Origin: Vulcanimicrobiota bacterium | Lineage (GTDB): Bacteria > Vulcanimicrobiota > Vulcanimicrobiia > Vulcanimicrobiales > Vulcanimicrobiaceae | Direction: 5' to 3' | Length of the DNA: 64,000 nucleotides | Assembly: GCA_963714015.1 (NCBI GenBank) | Contig: OY970223.1 | Coordinates: forward strand, 1,792,001-1,856,000 | Shown here: positions 10,220 to 21,122 of the stretch, piece after piece | Layout: each line of letters starts with the position of its first letter | Position numbering within the stretch: position 1 is the stretch's first letter | Made by a program: the position numbers and the translations under genes | The notes under the pieces: generated by a model | Seen by the model: only the letters and a program-made list of their open reading frames with translations | What the model was told of the DNA's origin: nothing | Databases searched by the model: none

Positions 10220-11803
10220 CTAGAGTGGGATGTTGCCGTGTTTGCGTTTGGGGCGATCGACACGTTTGTCGGCAAGCATCTCCAGCGATTTGGCGATCAC
10301 GCGGCGGGTCATGCGCGCCTCGATGACGTCGTCCACGTATCCGCGCTGCGCTGCGATGAACGGGTTGGCGAAGCGCTCCGTGTACGACTCGATAAGCTCG
10401 CGGGTTTTCGCGTCGGGGTCGGGAGCGGCGGCGATTTCACGGCGGAAGATCGTCTTGACCGCGCCCTCGGCGCCCATGACGGCAATCTCGGCAGTGGGCC
10501 ATGCGACGTTGACGTCCGCGCGGATATGCTTGCTGGCCATGACGTCGTAGGCTCCGCCGTACGCCTTGCGCGTGATGATCGTGATCTTCGGGACGGTTGC
10601 TTCGGCAAAAGCGTACAGCAGCTTTGCGCCGTGCGCGATGATTCCGCCGTACTCCTGATCGGTTCCCGGCAGAAATCCGGGAACGTCGACGAACGTCACG
10701 ATCGGGATGTTGAACGCGTCGCAAAAGCGCACGAACCGCGCCGCTTTGATCGAACTTTTGATGTCGAGCACGCCGGCCAGAACGTTCGGCTGATTGGCGA
10801 CGACCGCAATGGACCGGCCGTTCACGCGCCCGAATCCGGTGATGATGTTCTGGGCGTAGAGCGGCTGAATTTCGAAGAAGTCGTCCTCGTCCATCACCGG
10901 AACGATCACGTCATGCATGTCGTAAGGTTTGTTCGGTGAGTCCGGGACCACATGATCGAGCTCCGTTACCAAGCGCGCCGGGTCGTCGCTGCACGCGAAA
11001 CTGGGCGGATCTTCCAGATTGTTCTGCGGAATGTACGAGAGGAGCGTCTTCGTCATTTCCGTCATTTCGTCTTCGTCCACTGCGGTAAGATGCGCGACGC
11101 CGCTCTTGGTGGCGTGCGTGATTGCGCCGCCAAGCTCTTCGAACGAGACGTCCTCGCCCGTGACCGTTTTGATGATCTCCGGTCCGGTGATGAACATCTG
11201 CGCGATCTTTTCGGTCATGATGACGAAGTCGGTGATCGCCGGCGAGTACACCGCGCCGCCGGCGCAAGGCCCGGCGATAAGACTGATCTGCGGCACGACG
11301 CCGCTGGCTTGAACGTTGCGCCAAAAGATTTCGGCGTAACCGCCCAGGCTGACCACTCCTTCCTGAATGCGTGCCCCGCCGGAGTCGTTGATGCCGATGA
11401 GGGGCGATCCCGTGCGAACCGCGAGATCCATCACCTTGCAGATTTTCTCTGCAAAGACTTCGCCCAGCGAGCCGCCGAGCACGGTGAAGTCCTGAGAAAA
11501 AAGAAACACCTGACGTCCGTCAACGGTGGCTCGGCCGCTGACGACGCCGTCGCCGAGAAACTCGCGCTCCCCTAGTCCGAACGCAGTCGTGCGGTGAACT
11601 GCGAACTGATCGAGTTCGATAAACGAATCAGGGTCGACGAGGGCATCGATGCGCTCGCGAGCCGTGCGCTTTCCCCGGGCATGCTGCCGTTCGATGGACT
11701 CTTCGCCCGCAGGCGCCTGTGCGGACTGCCGCTTTTGCAGGAGCTCGGCATACTTCTCTTCGTGCGTCTTCACCCCGCGCTTATTTACGGAACCTGCGAC
11801 CAA
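10220..11803 (-). CDS. pccB: acyl-CoA carboxylase carboxyltransferase (beta) subunit
   Basis: [51 protein letters not shown]-terminal KRKHGNIPL. Confidence 0.92.
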   Translation of the reverse strand: MVAGSVNKRGVKTHEEKYAELLQKRQSAQAPAGEESIERQHARGKRTARERIDALVDPDSFIELDQFAVHRTTAFGLGEREFLGDGVVSGRATVDGRQVFLFSQDFTVLGGSLGEVFAEKICKVMDLAVRTGSPLIGINDSGGARIQEGVVSLGGYAEIFWRNVQASGVVPQISLIAGPCAGGAVYSPAITDFVIMTEKIAQMFITGPEIIKTVTGEDVSFEELGGAITHATKSGVAHLTAVDEDEMTEMTKTLLSYIPQNNLEDPPSFACSDDPARLVTELDHVVPDSPNKPYDMHDVIVPVMDEDDFFEIQPLYAQNIITGFGRVNGRSIAVVANQPNVLAGVLDIKSSIKAARFVRFCDAFNIPIVTFVDVPGFLPGTDQEYGGIIAHGAKLLYAFAEATVPKITIITRKAYGGAYDVMASKHIRADVNVAWPTAEIAVMGAEGAVKTIFRREIAAAPDPDAKTRELIESYTERFANPFIAAQRGYVDDVIEARMTRRVIAKSLEMLADKRVDRPKRKHGNIPL

Positions 11804-11864
11804 GTCCCCGAGGCGCCCCTATGATCCGCGCACGGTCGCGCCGATACCGTAAGGGAGCACCTCC

Positions 11865-13055
11865 GTGATAGAACTCAACAGCGGGCAACTGCTCCAACTG
11901 ACGCTGACGGTAGAATGCGCCGCGATGACTCTAGTCGCCGGCGTCTTCTTCTTAGTGCTGCGCGCCACGCACCGGACCCGCGGACGCGGATGGCTCTGCG
12001 GCTTTGCCTTATTCGCGGCGGCTCTTGCGTGCGAAGCCTCCGGGCGCGCCTTCCCCTCGACGGCGATACTCGTGGGCTATTCAGCCAGCCTGTTCGCAAT
12101 CGTCGGCGCCGTCGTCACGGTAAAGTCGTCCTTCGCCTTCGTGCAGGTAGAACGCATTCCGCAGTGGGCGCTCGGAGTATTGGCCGGAGCGGCCGCCGCT
12201 TCGCTTGCCATTGCGGCCAGGGGCTATTTGGACCCCTCACTGCTCGCGTCCGAAGCGGCACTTGCCTCGGGAACCGGCATTAGCGCAATCGTGCTCTTCC
12301 CCGCGGCGCGGCAATCACGGCGGCCGGGCGTTCTCACCGCTTGCTTCACATCTGGGCTCCTGAGCCTGATGATGCTGCGGACGCTGTTGTGCGCCGCAGT
12401 CCTGGGCGTTCAACACGAACAACTCAACGATCTGTATTGGGTATTCGAGACCATCGGCGGCGTAATTCTGGCGTTCGTCTTGGCAATGGGCGAACTCGTC
12501 GCAATTCTGGACGAAGTGCGCTCCGATCTGGAAGACTCGAACGCGGCGCTTGCCGGCGCGCTAGAAAATCTAGAGATCGCCGCGCGCATGGACCCTCTGA
12601 CCGGTCTTTACAACCGCTACGCTTTCTACGCCGTCGTCGCGGAATTGCGGCGTAACCGTACCCTCGACGGCTCGATCGTCGCGATCGATCTGAACGGACT
12701 CAAACGCATCAACGACACTTTCGGGCACTATGCCGGCGATCGCGCGCTTCGCAATGTGGCGCTGCGGCTGCAAGAGATGGTGCGCTCGACCGACTACGTC
12801 TTCCGCTGGGGCGGGGACGAATTCGTCATGCTGCTCTTCGACGTCGAGCCCGACGTAGCGCGCGATAGGCTCGCGCGTATGCGGCCGCCCGACCAGCTGC
12901 AACTGCGCGATCGTCTGCCGGTCGATTTGAGCGTCTCCTGGGGCGTGGCTCCGCTCGCCTATGACGTCGAAGCCGCGCTGCGTCAGGCGGACGAGCAACT
13001 GTACAGCCAGCGCCGGCTGATCCGCAACGCGGCGCAGCCCGTTCCCCGCGCATGA
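11865..13055 (+). CDS. membrane-bound diguanylate cyclase (multi-TM + GGDEF)
   Basis: about 7 hydrophobic segments, then DPLTGLYNR, IDLNGLKRINDTFGH-AGD, FRWGGDEF. Confidence 0.88.
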   Translation: MIELNSGQLLQLTLTVECAAMTLVAGVFFLVLRATHRTRGRGWLCGFALFAAALACEASGRAFPSTAILVGYSASLFAIVGAVVTVKSSFAFVQVERIPQWALGVLAGAAAASLAIAARGYLDPSLLASEAALASGTGISAIVLFPAARQSRRPGVLTACFTSGLLSLMMLRTLLCAAVLGVQHEQLNDLYWVFETIGGVILAFVLAMGELVAILDEVRSDLEDSNAALAGALENLEIAARMDPLTGLYNRYAFYAVVAELRRNRTLDGSIVAIDLNGLKRINDTFGHYAGDRALRNVALRLQEMVRSTDYVFRWGGDEFVMLLFDVEPDVARDRLARMRPPDQLQLRDRLPVDLSVSWGVAPLAYDVEAALRQADEQLYSQRRLIRNAAQPVPRA

Positions 13056-13357
13056 TCGCTCCGGTTTTATGCCTGCTCGTGCCTGCGCTTCCGGGGTGCA
13101 CGAGCGTCGTCGACTATATGGCGACTCCGCAGCGCATTGCGGCGGCACGATCCTACTACGACGGAAAGAACGTCTACGTTACGGGAATCGTCCGTAGGAA
13201 AAACGCGAAGTACTTCGTTTGCGCTGAGCGCGGCTGCATCCGCGTGGTGGTTCCGGCGCAAGAACCGCTGCGCGCCGGGCAAATGGCCTCGGTGAGGGGG
13301 CCGTACCTCCGGCGCAGCGATGCGATCCGCGCAACGGAGGTCCTCGCGCGAGGGTAG
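13052..13357 (+). CDS. hypothetical lipoprotein, possible OB fold
   Basis: lipobox-like LPGC; YDGKNVYVTG...VRG pattern; 4-bp overlap with upstream stop. Confidence 0.45.
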   Translation: MIAPVLCLLVPALPGCTSVVDYMATPQRIAAARSYYDGKNVYVTGIVRRKNAKYFVCAERGCIRVVVPAQEPLRAGQMASVRGPYLRRSDAIRATEVLARG

Positions 13358-13368
13358 AAGGCTGCCGC

Positions 13369-14790
13369 ATGCGACGGGTACTTTGGTCGCTTGCGTTACT
13401 TTGCGTTCTGCCGTTTTCGGTCGTGGCCGCCGCTCCTGCGGCGCCCGTCGTCATCACTGCGCAGCAGATAGCGCTTTACAGTGACCGCGGCGTCATGATC
13501 TGCGACGGCGGCGTGGATCTGCGCATGCCGGGGCTGAAGATCGACGCAACTCGCGCGGCCTACGATTTGCGCGCCAACCGGCTCACGGCCGCGGGCGACG
13601 TCCACGTTACGACGGTAAACGGAACGCAGAGCGGCACGGCTTACGTCTACGATTTCGCAACCGCGCGCGGCTCCTTCAGTCAAACCGCCGCCGTTCCGGA
13701 ATTCTCGACCAACGACGCCGTCGTCATTGCTCAGCAGGCGGAACTTCATCCCGCGCAGTCCATCGGCTTTACCAACGGTCAAGTGCGCACCGGGACCGTG
13801 CTTACGCCCGTCGCTTCGTACACATACGGCATTCCAAGTCCCACCGCCAAGGACTTCGGCTATTCGCCGGTACCGTCCGCAGCGTTGGAGTGGCCGTTTC
13901 TGCTCTCCGACTCGCGCAACCAATACACGTTTGCGAAGGTGCGATTCGACCGGTACAACGGCGGCCCCGGAACGGGAATGGAAGAACACTATGCTCGCAC
14001 CGATCGGGGGTACGTCGCGCTCGGCCAAACAATCGACGTGGACGGCGGCCGTATGGACCTGGCCGCCTACGAACGGATCAACGACACGCTCTCGCAGTCG
14101 CTCACCGGTTCGACGCTCTTCGGCGTGCGTTCGTTCCGGTACGCGCTCACGTCGAGCGGCAAGGACGGATACATGTCGTTGTCGTCCTCGCAGTACAACG
14201 ATCAGCGCAGCGACGATCTGCTGGTTCAAGGAAATCAACGGCCCATTGGGCGGATTGCTTCATTCCGTTTTCAGGCCGACCTCGGCCACGACGTTCATCC
14301 GGGCGATTGGAACGTCGCGCAGGATCTGCGTCTGACGCCCGGCATGCATATCGACACGTCATCGCTGCGGGCGGGGCTCGGAACGATCTCCGGTTCTTTC
14401 GATCTCGGCGAAAGTTTTTATGATTACGGCCGGGCGACGCTTGCAAGCACGGCGGCATTCTGGGCCAACGAGCCGGTGAATCAGCATCTGCTTTGGAACG
14501 CGGGACTGACGTTCTCGCACGACGCGCCGCCGTATCCGTCGACATATCGCACGTACGTGCTCGGCTCGACCTGGAAGGCGAGTGACGCGTTCAACCTCGT
14601 CTCGTCGCTGCAGTACACGCACGACTACGGTCAGTACTTCGGTTACGGCCGTCCGGAATTTAGCGCCGCGTTCGACGTGCGCATCAAGCGCAAGAACGGC
14701 GGCGGTTATGAAGTCGGAACGATCGTTCCCTTCGGCGGCGTGGGCGATCTCTCGCGTCAAACCGTCTTGAACGTGCGTTTTTTCCGCTAG
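13369..14790 (+). CDS. exported protein, LptD/OstA-like (N-terminal beta-jellyroll + probable beta-barrel)
   Basis: signal peptide; ITAQQIALY...IDATRAAYD...LTAAGDV OstA-like strands; alternating aromatic strands ending VRFFR. Confidence 0.55.
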   Translation: MRRVLWSLALLCVLPFSVVAAAPAAPVVITAQQIALYSDRGVMICDGGVDLRMPGLKIDATRAAYDLRANRLTAAGDVHVTTVNGTQSGTAYVYDFATARGSFSQTAAVPEFSTNDAVVIAQQAELHPAQSIGFTNGQVRTGTVLTPVASYTYGIPSPTAKDFGYSPVPSAALEWPFLLSDSRNQYTFAKVRFDRYNGGPGTGMEEHYARTDRGYVALGQTIDVDGGRMDLAAYERINDTLSQSLTGSTLFGVRSFRYALTSSGKDGYMSLSSSQYNDQRSDDLLVQGNQRPIGRIASFRFQADLGHDVHPGDWNVAQDLRLTPGMHIDTSSLRAGLGTISGSFDLGESFYDYGRATLASTAAFWANEPVNQHLLWNAGLTFSHDAPPYPSTYRTYVLGSTWKASDAFNLVSSLQYTHDYGQYFGYGRPEFSAAFDVRIKRKNGGGYEVGTIVPFGGVGDLSRQTVLNVRFFR

Positions 14791-14798
14791 CCGCTCGG

Positions 14799-16334
14799 CT
14801 ATTCCAGCGCGGGTGCGGCTTGCTGCGGCGCGGCGCTCTTGGGTGAGGTCAAAAAGATCACAAACGGCGTCAGCAAGATCGTGACGAGCGCGAGGAACGA
14901 GAACGCGTCGGCGAAGGCTAAGGTCGTCGCCTGCTGCACCACCAAATTATAAATGGAAGCGATGGGCGCGTGATGCGCGAGGGCATCGTTCAACGCCGGA
15001 TTGCGCAAGGTCATCCGCGCGGCGATATCCGACTGATGCAGCGCGCTGCGGCGATCCAAGAGGGTGACCAGGCACGCCGTCGAGATGGAGCCGCCCAGCT
15101 GCTGGCACAAGCTGATGAGTGAGGTCGCCTTTTGCGTGTCGGCCCCTCGCACGCTGCTGAGTACGGCGATCGAAAGCGGGAGGAAGAGCATGCCGAATCC
15201 GGCGCCGCCGACGACCAGTGCCCACCCGAAGGTCCAAAACGTCGAGTCGGTCGTCGTCACATTGGCCTGCATCAGATTGGCGATCGCTACGATGATGAAG
15301 CCGAGCGCGAGCATGACTCGAGGCTGCACGTGAAAGCGGCTGAGGAGGATCAGCGTGATGGGCGTGAATACCGCGATTGCGAGGGCGCGCAGCAGAATCG
15401 ACTCGCCGCTGAGGGTAGCGGTGAAGCTCAAGAGCTCCTGCTGAAACTGCGGCGAAAGTATGACGCCGCCGAAAAGCGTGAACCCGATGGTCATCGCGAG
15501 CAGCGTACCGCCCGCGACGGTCCGGTTCTTGAGAATCCGCAGATCGACGATCGGATTCTTCGTTCCGTAGATTTCCCAAAAGGCGAAGAGCGTTAATCCG
15601 ACTATTGCGACGATGCCCAGGATCAGTATACGGTGGTCCGCCAGCCAGTCATTACGTTCGCCTTCGTCCAGAACGTACTGTAGGGACCCCAGCCCCGCCG
15701 CGAGCAGCGCCAGACCGATCCCATCGAACGTTCCGCTCCGCCGGTGATAATTCGGATTGCGAAGCGTCGTCGCAATCAGGATCGCCGCTACGATGCCGGG
15801 CACGATGTTGATGTAGAAGATCCAGTTCCACGAGAGCGCGTCGGTGAGGATTCCTCCGAGCGTAGGGCCGATGCTGGGGCCCACGATGGCTCCGAGCGAA
15901 ACCAGTGCTTGACTTTTGCCGAGTTCTCGCGCCGGGAACGTGTCGCGTAAAATCGCTTGGCCGGTCGCGATGAGACCGCCGCCGCACAGCCCTTGCAGAA
16001 TACGGAAGAAGACCAGTTCAGTGAGCGAGGTCGACAGGCCGCAAAGCGCCGACGTCAGCGTAAAACCAACGATAGCGGCGACGTAATACTGTTTTCTGCC
16101 GAACGTCTGTTGCAGCCATGGGGTGAGCGGAATGACGATGACGGCGGCGATGATGTAGCCGGTGACGACCCATGCGGCCTCGTCGAAGTTCGCGCCGAGG
16201 TTCCCTTGGATCGTCGGCAGCGCGACGTTGACGATCGTTGCGTCGAGCACTTGCAAAAGCGTTGCGGACATTACGCCGATGACGACGATCCAGCGTCTCG
16301 TGCCGTATTCGACCAGCGATTCGTCGTGTATCAT
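14799..16334 (-). CDS. DHA2 family MFS efflux permease (EmrB/QacA)
   Basis: LDATIVNVALP, FRILQGLCGG, GPSIGPTLGG-LTD-LSWNWIFYIN; 14-TM pattern. Confidence 0.9.
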   Translation of the reverse strand: MIHDESLVEYGTRRWIVVIGVMSATLLQVLDATIVNVALPTIQGNLGANFDEAAWVVTGYIIAAVIVIPLTPWLQQTFGRKQYYVAAIVGFTLTSALCGLSTSLTELVFFRILQGLCGGGLIATGQAILRDTFPARELGKSQALVSLGAIVGPSIGPTLGGILTDALSWNWIFYINIVPGIVAAILIATTLRNPNYHRRSGTFDGIGLALLAAGLGSLQYVLDEGERNDWLADHRILILGIVAIVGLTLFAFWEIYGTKNPIVDLRILKNRTVAGGTLLAMTIGFTLFGGVILSPQFQQELLSFTATLSGESILLRALAIAVFTPITLILLSRFHVQPRVMLALGFIIVAIANLMQANVTTTDSTFWTFGWALVVGGAGFGMLFLPLSIAVLSSVRGADTQKATSLISLCQQLGGSISTACLVTLLDRRSALHQSDIAARMTLRNPALNDALAHHAPIASIYNLVVQQATTLAFADAFSFLALVTILLTPFVIFLTSPKSAAPQQAAPALE

Positions 16335-16340
16335 AGCCGC

Positions 16341-16844
16341 ATGCCAACCTTAAACGTCGACTACGCCGATCCCGGGCCAATCCGCCGCAGCTGGACGCAA
16401 TTGAGCGGACGCGAATTTCTTGAACTTATCGGCGAAGGCCGGATCGCACTGCCGCCCATTCTTGCAGTGCTGGACATCACGGCCGGCGCGGTAGGCGACG
16501 GCGTCATCGAATTCGCGATGCGTCCGCACGACTACATGATGAACTTGGCGGGAACGATTCACGGCGGCGTGCTCGCAACGCTGGTCGACTCGGCGCTCAC
16601 GTGCGCGCTGGTCACGAAGCTGCCCCAAGGCATGGGTTGCGTCTCGATCGATTTGCAGATGCGGTTCTTCCGGCCGGCGCGGATGTCGTCGGAGCTGCTT
16701 ACCGCTCGCGCGGAAGTGCTGAACGCGGGCAAGACGCTTGGCGCGACGCAGGGTGAAATTCGGGACGCTAACGGACGTTTGATCGTGCACGCGACCTCGT
16801 CGCTCGCCATTGCCGCCACCGATTCGCTCATAACCGAAAGATAA
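16341..16844 (+). CDS. PaaI family thioesterase (hotdog fold)
   Basis: MNLAGTIHGGVLATLVDSA motif; start set at ATG 16341. Confidence 0.85.
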   Translation: MPTLNVDYADPGPIRRSWTQLSGREFLELIGEGRIALPPILAVLDITAGAVGDGVIEFAMRPHDYMMNLAGTIHGGVLATLVDSALTCALVTKLPQGMGCVSIDLQMRFFRPARMSSELLTARAEVLNAGKTLGATQGEIRDANGRLIVHATSSLAIAATDSLITER

Positions 16845-16847
16845 GAA

Positions 16848-17159
16848 CTACCAGATCCCCAGCATGACTTTGACGTCTTCCGTTGCCATTTCGCGCGGAT
16901 CCCACGGCGGCGAAAACGTGATGTCCACGGTCACGCTTTTCACGCCCTCGATCGCTTTGATGTTGTCTTCGACGGATTGTTTGAAGAGCGGACCCACCGG
17001 ACACATCGGTGAGGTGAGCGTCATAATCACGGTAACGTGCTCGCCGCTGACCCCCTCCGCAACGATGTCGTAAACCAAACCCAGATCGAGGATCGGGATG
17101 TTCAGTTCCGGATCGTTGACGTTCTTCAGTGACTCGCGAACTTGTTCGATTGTCGGCAT
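16848..17159 (-). CDS. metal-sulfur cluster assembly factor (SufT/DUF59)
   Basis: DPELNIPILDLGLVY, TLTSPMCP, PPWD motifs. Confidence 0.9.
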   Translation of the reverse strand: MPTIEQVRESLKNVNDPELNIPILDLGLVYDIVAEGVSGEHVTVIMTLTSPMCPVGPLFKQSVEDNIKAIEGVKSVTVDITFSPPWDPREMATEDVKVMLGIW

Positions 17160-17215
17160 ATGTTTTGTATTAGTGCGTAGAGGCGCATGCGCCCCGCTTG
17201 CGAACCCTGGCGGTC

Positions 17216-17668
17216 ATGCGTTTCTTTCGCACGTCTCTCCTTGCAACACTCGTCGGGCTTGCCGCGTTGCCGGCGCCGGCTCTGGCGGGCATTTCGGTAG
17301 CCGGCGGGGGCTACTTTCAGAGCAAGCCGTCGGTTACCGGTGCGGCCGGTATCCTGAGTACCGGCACGTCGGTCCCAAACCTGCCGCTGGCGCTGCAAGG
17401 CTCGCTGCTCGTCCCCTTAACCGGGAGCGGTGGCTACGCGGCAACCTTTGAAATCCGCGGTTTGACCGGCGGCGGATACGGCGGCGCATACGTGGGAGCC
17501 GGCGCCGGGGTGGGGGATCTGAGCGCCAACCGAAGCGCGGGGACCGTTTTCACGTTTTTCGCCGGAAAGTCGATTGCCCCGATGACGTCAATCGAGCTGC
17601 GGCTTTATACCCAGACCCAGGACCAGGGCGCGGCCGCCGGTTTTGTCGGCCTACGGTTTAGTTTTTGA
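17216..17668 (+). CDS. small exported protein, probable outer-membrane beta-barrel
   Basis: signal peptide ending PALA; Gly/aromatic strands (YVGAGAG); C-terminal GLRFSF. Confidence 0.55.
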   Translation: MRFFRTSLLATLVGLAALPAPALAGISVAGGGYFQSKPSVTGAAGILSTGTSVPNLPLALQGSLLVPLTGSGGYAATFEIRGLTGGGYGGAYVGAGAGVGDLSANRSAGTVFTFFAGKSIAPMTSIELRLYTQTQDQGAAAGFVGLRFSF

Positions 17669-17805
17669 GCAAGGCAGGCGCAACGCTAATTATCGAGACC
17701 GGGTTAGACGTTCTTACCGATAGAGACGATACTTAAGTAGCAAGCTTCAAGCGGGTATAGTCAGGGCGCCGGGTGTGGATTGGAACGAAGGAGTTAGAGC
17801 AGACC

Positions 17806-20304
17806 ATGTCAATGTGGGAACCGTTCACCGAGCGAGCGCGCCGGAGCATCGTTCTGGCGCAAGAAGAGGCGCAGCGTCTCGGTAACAACTACATCGGGAC
17901 CGAGCACATTCTGCTCGGAATCATCTCCGAAGGCGAAAGCCTTGCGGCCAAAGTCCTCGAGACGCTGGGCGTGAATCTCGCGAAGGTTCGCCAAGAGGTC
18001 GAGGCCATCGTCGGACGCGGCGGACAAACGGTTCAGCAAGAGATGGTATTCACTCCCCGCGCAAAACGCGTCATCGAACTGGCTTTCGAAGAAGCACGCC
18101 AGCTGAATCACAACTACATCGGTACGGAACATCTGCTCCTCGGACTAATTCGTGAAGGGGAAGGCGTCGCGGCGCGCGTTCTGACCAATCTGGGCGTCGA
18201 CCCGGCGAAGGTGCGCGTTCAAACCACGTCGCTCTTAGGCGCCGAAGGTCAGCCGCCGGCTCCCAAAGGCAAGAGCAAGACGCCGACCCTTGACGCGTAT
18301 GGCCGCGATCTCACGCAGCTCGCGCGGGAGGCCAAACTCGACCCCGTCATCGGCCGCAGCAGCGAAATAGAGCGCGTCATTCAAATTCTCTCGCGGCGCA
18401 CCAAGAACAATCCGGCGCTCATCGGCGAACCGGGCGTGGGAAAGACGGCGATAGCCGAAGGTTTGGCGCAGCGCGTCATCAAGGGCGACATCCCCGAGCC
18501 GCTGCGCGACAAGCGGGTCATCACGCTCGACTTGGCCGGACTTGTCGCGGGCACCAAGTATCGCGGCGAGTTTGAGGAGCGCATGAAGCGCGTCATGGAC
18601 GAGATCCGCGGCGCTGCCGGCGAGATTATTCTGTTCATCGACGAATTGCACACACTCGTGGGAGCCGGTGCCGCCGAAGGCGCGATCGACGCCAGCAACA
18701 TCATCAAACCGGCGCTCGCACGCGGCGAACTGCAATGCATCGGCGCGACGACGCTCAACGAGTTCCGCAAGCATATCGAAAAAGACTCGGCGCTCGAGCG
18801 GCGCTTCCAGCCAGTCATGGTGGGAGAGCCCAGCGTCGAGGAGACGATCGAGATCCTCAAGGGTCTGCGCGACCGCTACGAAGCGCACCACAAAGTGCAG
18901 ATAACCGATGCCGCGCTGGCGGCAGCCGCCAAACTCGGCGACCGGTATATCACGGATCGCTTCCTGCCCGACAAGGCCGTCGATCTGATCGACGAAGCAG
19001 CTTCGCGCGTTCGTCTGCAAGCAACACTGCCGCCTCCGGAGATTCGGGAGATCGACTCGCAACTGCGGAAGATCATCGCAGAAAAAGAAGCCGTCGTGAA
19101 GGCTCAGGAGTTCGATAAGGCCGCTTCGCTGCGCGACCGCGAGGAGAAGATTCGCCTGGAGAAGGCCCGCCTGGAAAACGAGTGGCAAGAGAAGCGCGCG
19201 CAGAGCGACAAGATCGTCAAAGTCACCGAAGAGGACGTTGCGTACATCGTTTCTTCCTGGACGAAGATTCCGGTCAGCCGGCTTGCCCAAGCGGAGACGG
19301 AGAAGCTGCTCAACATGGCCGACTCGCTGCACAAGCGCGTGGTTGGGCAGGAGGAAGCGGTCAACGTCATCGTCCGCGCCATCCGGCGCTCCCGCGCCGG
19401 TCTGAAAAATCCGAGCCGTCCCATCGGTTCGTTCATGTTCCTCGGGCCGACCGGCGTCGGAAAGACCGAAGTCGCGCGCAGCGTTGCAGAGTTCCTGTTC
19501 GATGATTCGGATTCGATGATTCGCATCGACATGTCGGAGTACATGGAAAAGTACGCCGTTTCACGTTTGGTCGGCGCGCCTCCGGGATACGTCGGTTACG
19601 AGGAAGGCGGTCAGCTCACCGAGGCGGTGCGGCGCCGTCCGTATTCGGTCGTGCTGCTGGACGAAGTCGAGAAAGCGCATCCGGACGTCTTCAACCTGCT
19701 GCTCCAGGTGCTCGACGATGGGCGATTGACCGATTCCCAAGGGCGCCAGGTCGACTTCAAAAACACCGTGATCGTCATGACGTCGAACGTCGGCGCCACC
19801 GGTATGACGACGACTACGGACATCGGTTTCCGCACGAGCAAGACCGAAAACGAAGACGAGTCGCGCCAGTACGAGCGCATGAAGAACAAAGTGCTGGAGG
19901 AAGTCAAGCACACGTTCCGGCCGGAGTTCGTCAACCGCTTGGACGAGATTGTGGTCTTCCATCAGCTGACGCGTCCGCAGATCGAGCAGATCGTCGGACT
20001 GGAACTCGAGAAAGTCATGCGCGAAGTGAAAGCGCAGGAGATGAGCCTCGAGGTAACTGACGAGGCCAAGGCGCTTCTGGCGAAAAAGGGCTGGGATCCG
20101 CAGTACGGCGCGCGTCCGCTGCGCCGCGCTATACAGCGCGAAGTCGAAGACGAGCTGGCCGAGGAGATGCTTCGCGGTACGTTCGGTGCCGGCGATCGCA
20201 TCTTGGGCGAAATCGACCCGGACAATCCGGAGAAACTGCGCTACAGCAAGGTTCCCAACGTGGAACCGCCGCCGCAGCGGGAAGCCGAACACGCCACTTC
20301 GTAG
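17806..20304 (+). CDS. clpC: ATP-dependent Clp protease ATP-binding subunit ClpC
   Basis: two Clp-N repeats, Walker A GEPGVGKT and [11 protein letters not shown]-like middle domain, IGF ClpP-binding loop; AAGGAG upstream. Confidence 0.93.
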   Translation: MSMWEPFTERARRSIVLAQEEAQRLGNNYIGTEHILLGIISEGESLAAKVLETLGVNLAKVRQEVEAIVGRGGQTVQQEMVFTPRAKRVIELAFEEARQLNHNYIGTEHLLLGLIREGEGVAARVLTNLGVDPAKVRVQTTSLLGAEGQPPAPKGKSKTPTLDAYGRDLTQLAREAKLDPVIGRSSEIERVIQILSRRTKNNPALIGEPGVGKTAIAEGLAQRVIKGDIPEPLRDKRVITLDLAGLVAGTKYRGEFEERMKRVMDEIRGAAGEIILFIDELHTLVGAGAAEGAIDASNIIKPALARGELQCIGATTLNEFRKHIEKDSALERRFQPVMVGEPSVEETIEILKGLRDRYEAHHKVQITDAALAAAAKLGDRYITDRFLPDKAVDLIDEAASRVRLQATLPPPEIREIDSQLRKIIAEKEAVVKAQEFDKAASLRDREEKIRLEKARLENEWQEKRAQSDKIVKVTEEDVAYIVSSWTKIPVSRLAQAETEKLLNMADSLHKRVVGQEEAVNVIVRAIRRSRAGLKNPSRPIGSFMFLGPTGVGKTEVARSVAEFLFDDSDSMIRIDMSEYMEKYAVSRLVGAPPGYVGYEEGGQLTEAVRRRPYSVVLLDEVEKAHPDVFNLLLQVLDDGRLTDSQGRQVDFKNTVIVMTSNVGATGMTTTTDIGFRTSKTENEDESRQYERMKNKVLEEVKHTFRPEFVNRLDEIVVFHQLTRPQIEQIVGLELEKVMREVKAQEMSLEVTDEAKALLAKKGWDPQYGARPLRRAIQREVEDELAEEMLRGTFGAGDRILGEIDPDNPEKLRYSKVPNVEPPPQREAEHATS

Positions 20305-20324
20305 TTCATGCAGTAGTCACGACC

Positions 20325-20355
20325 AAACAGCACGCCGTTCCGGCGTGCTGTTTTC
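20325..20355 (+). terminator. intrinsic terminator after clpC
   Basis: AAACAGCACGCCG-TTC-CGGCGTGCTGTTT perfect 13-bp stem with T run, 20 nt after the stop. Confidence 0.75.
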
Positions 20356-20416
20356 ATACTCGCGTGGATGTCACCGGTTTCCAGAGTTGGACAGCGCCAT
20401 TGCGCGATGCGTTCGC

Positions 20417-20668
20417 TCAGGTCGATACGAGTCTGAATCCCCGGACGATGGGGTGGCTCGCGAAAGCGAACTCCTGATCGCCGGCGTTTTCGGCCGAGTA
20501 TGCCGCGGCCCACGGTTCGAAGCCGTTACGCACGCGCCGATCGAAATCGAATCCGTTCCTCTTAGCGGTCTGTTCGGCCGCCTTTTGTTCGCCTTCGATG
20601 ACGCGCGCTTCGCCGATCAGGTCCGGACGGGTGTGAACGTAGTCGCCCCAAACGTGCCACATGCTCAT
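20417..20668 (-). CDS. hypothetical protein (83 aa)
   Basis: ATG 5 nt after the upstream stop; fills the gap before the clpC terminator. Confidence 0.4.
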   Translation of the reverse strand: MSMWHVWGDYVHTRPDLIGEARVIEGEQKAAEQTAKRNGFDFDRRVRNGFEPWAAAYSAENAGDQEFAFASHPIVRGFRLVST

Positions 20669-20673
20669 GTCTT

Positions 20674-21060
20674 TTAAGTCTTCCCAAAACAACGTGAAGC
20701 CGGGCCGCCGAACGCCACCGTAAGATACGATATTTTGCCGTTCCGAAGGTCGATTACGAAGCAGCCGCCCGTTGCCTCGGGAATGTCGTGCCACCGAAAT
20801 TCCGCCATGATCCGATCGCCGGCGATCTTGGACCGCACGACGGTGATCTGGTCGTCGGGCGGGTCGTCGCGGTAGCGCTCGGCAATCGCGGCTTTTCCGT
20901 AGAGAGCCGGATCCGGAACGCCGTCGAATTCCAAAACCGCATCCTGGGCAAAAGACGCCAAATACTCGGAGAAATCATGGTGACGGACGCCCGCGTTGAA
21001 TAGCCCGACGAAACGGTCTAGGAATGCCTCCGTAGCTTGCGCGATAGGCGATTCGGTCAT
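20674..21060 (-). CDS. NTF2/SnoaL-like domain protein
   Basis: F-FN...FAQDAVLEF...GKAAI...GKIS pattern; TAGACT 7 nt before ATG 21060. Confidence 0.7.
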   Translation of the reverse strand: MTESPIAQATEAFLDRFVGLFNAGVRHHDFSEYLASFAQDAVLEFDGVPDPALYGKAAIAERYRDDPPDDQITVVRSKIAGDRIMAEFRWHDIPEATGGCFVIDLRNGKISYLTVAFGGPASRCFGKT

Positions 21061-21122
21061 CACTTTAAGTCTATCAGCTGCTCGCAGGCCCGCAAGGTCC
21101 CGTCTGCGTACGAAGTGCTGCG

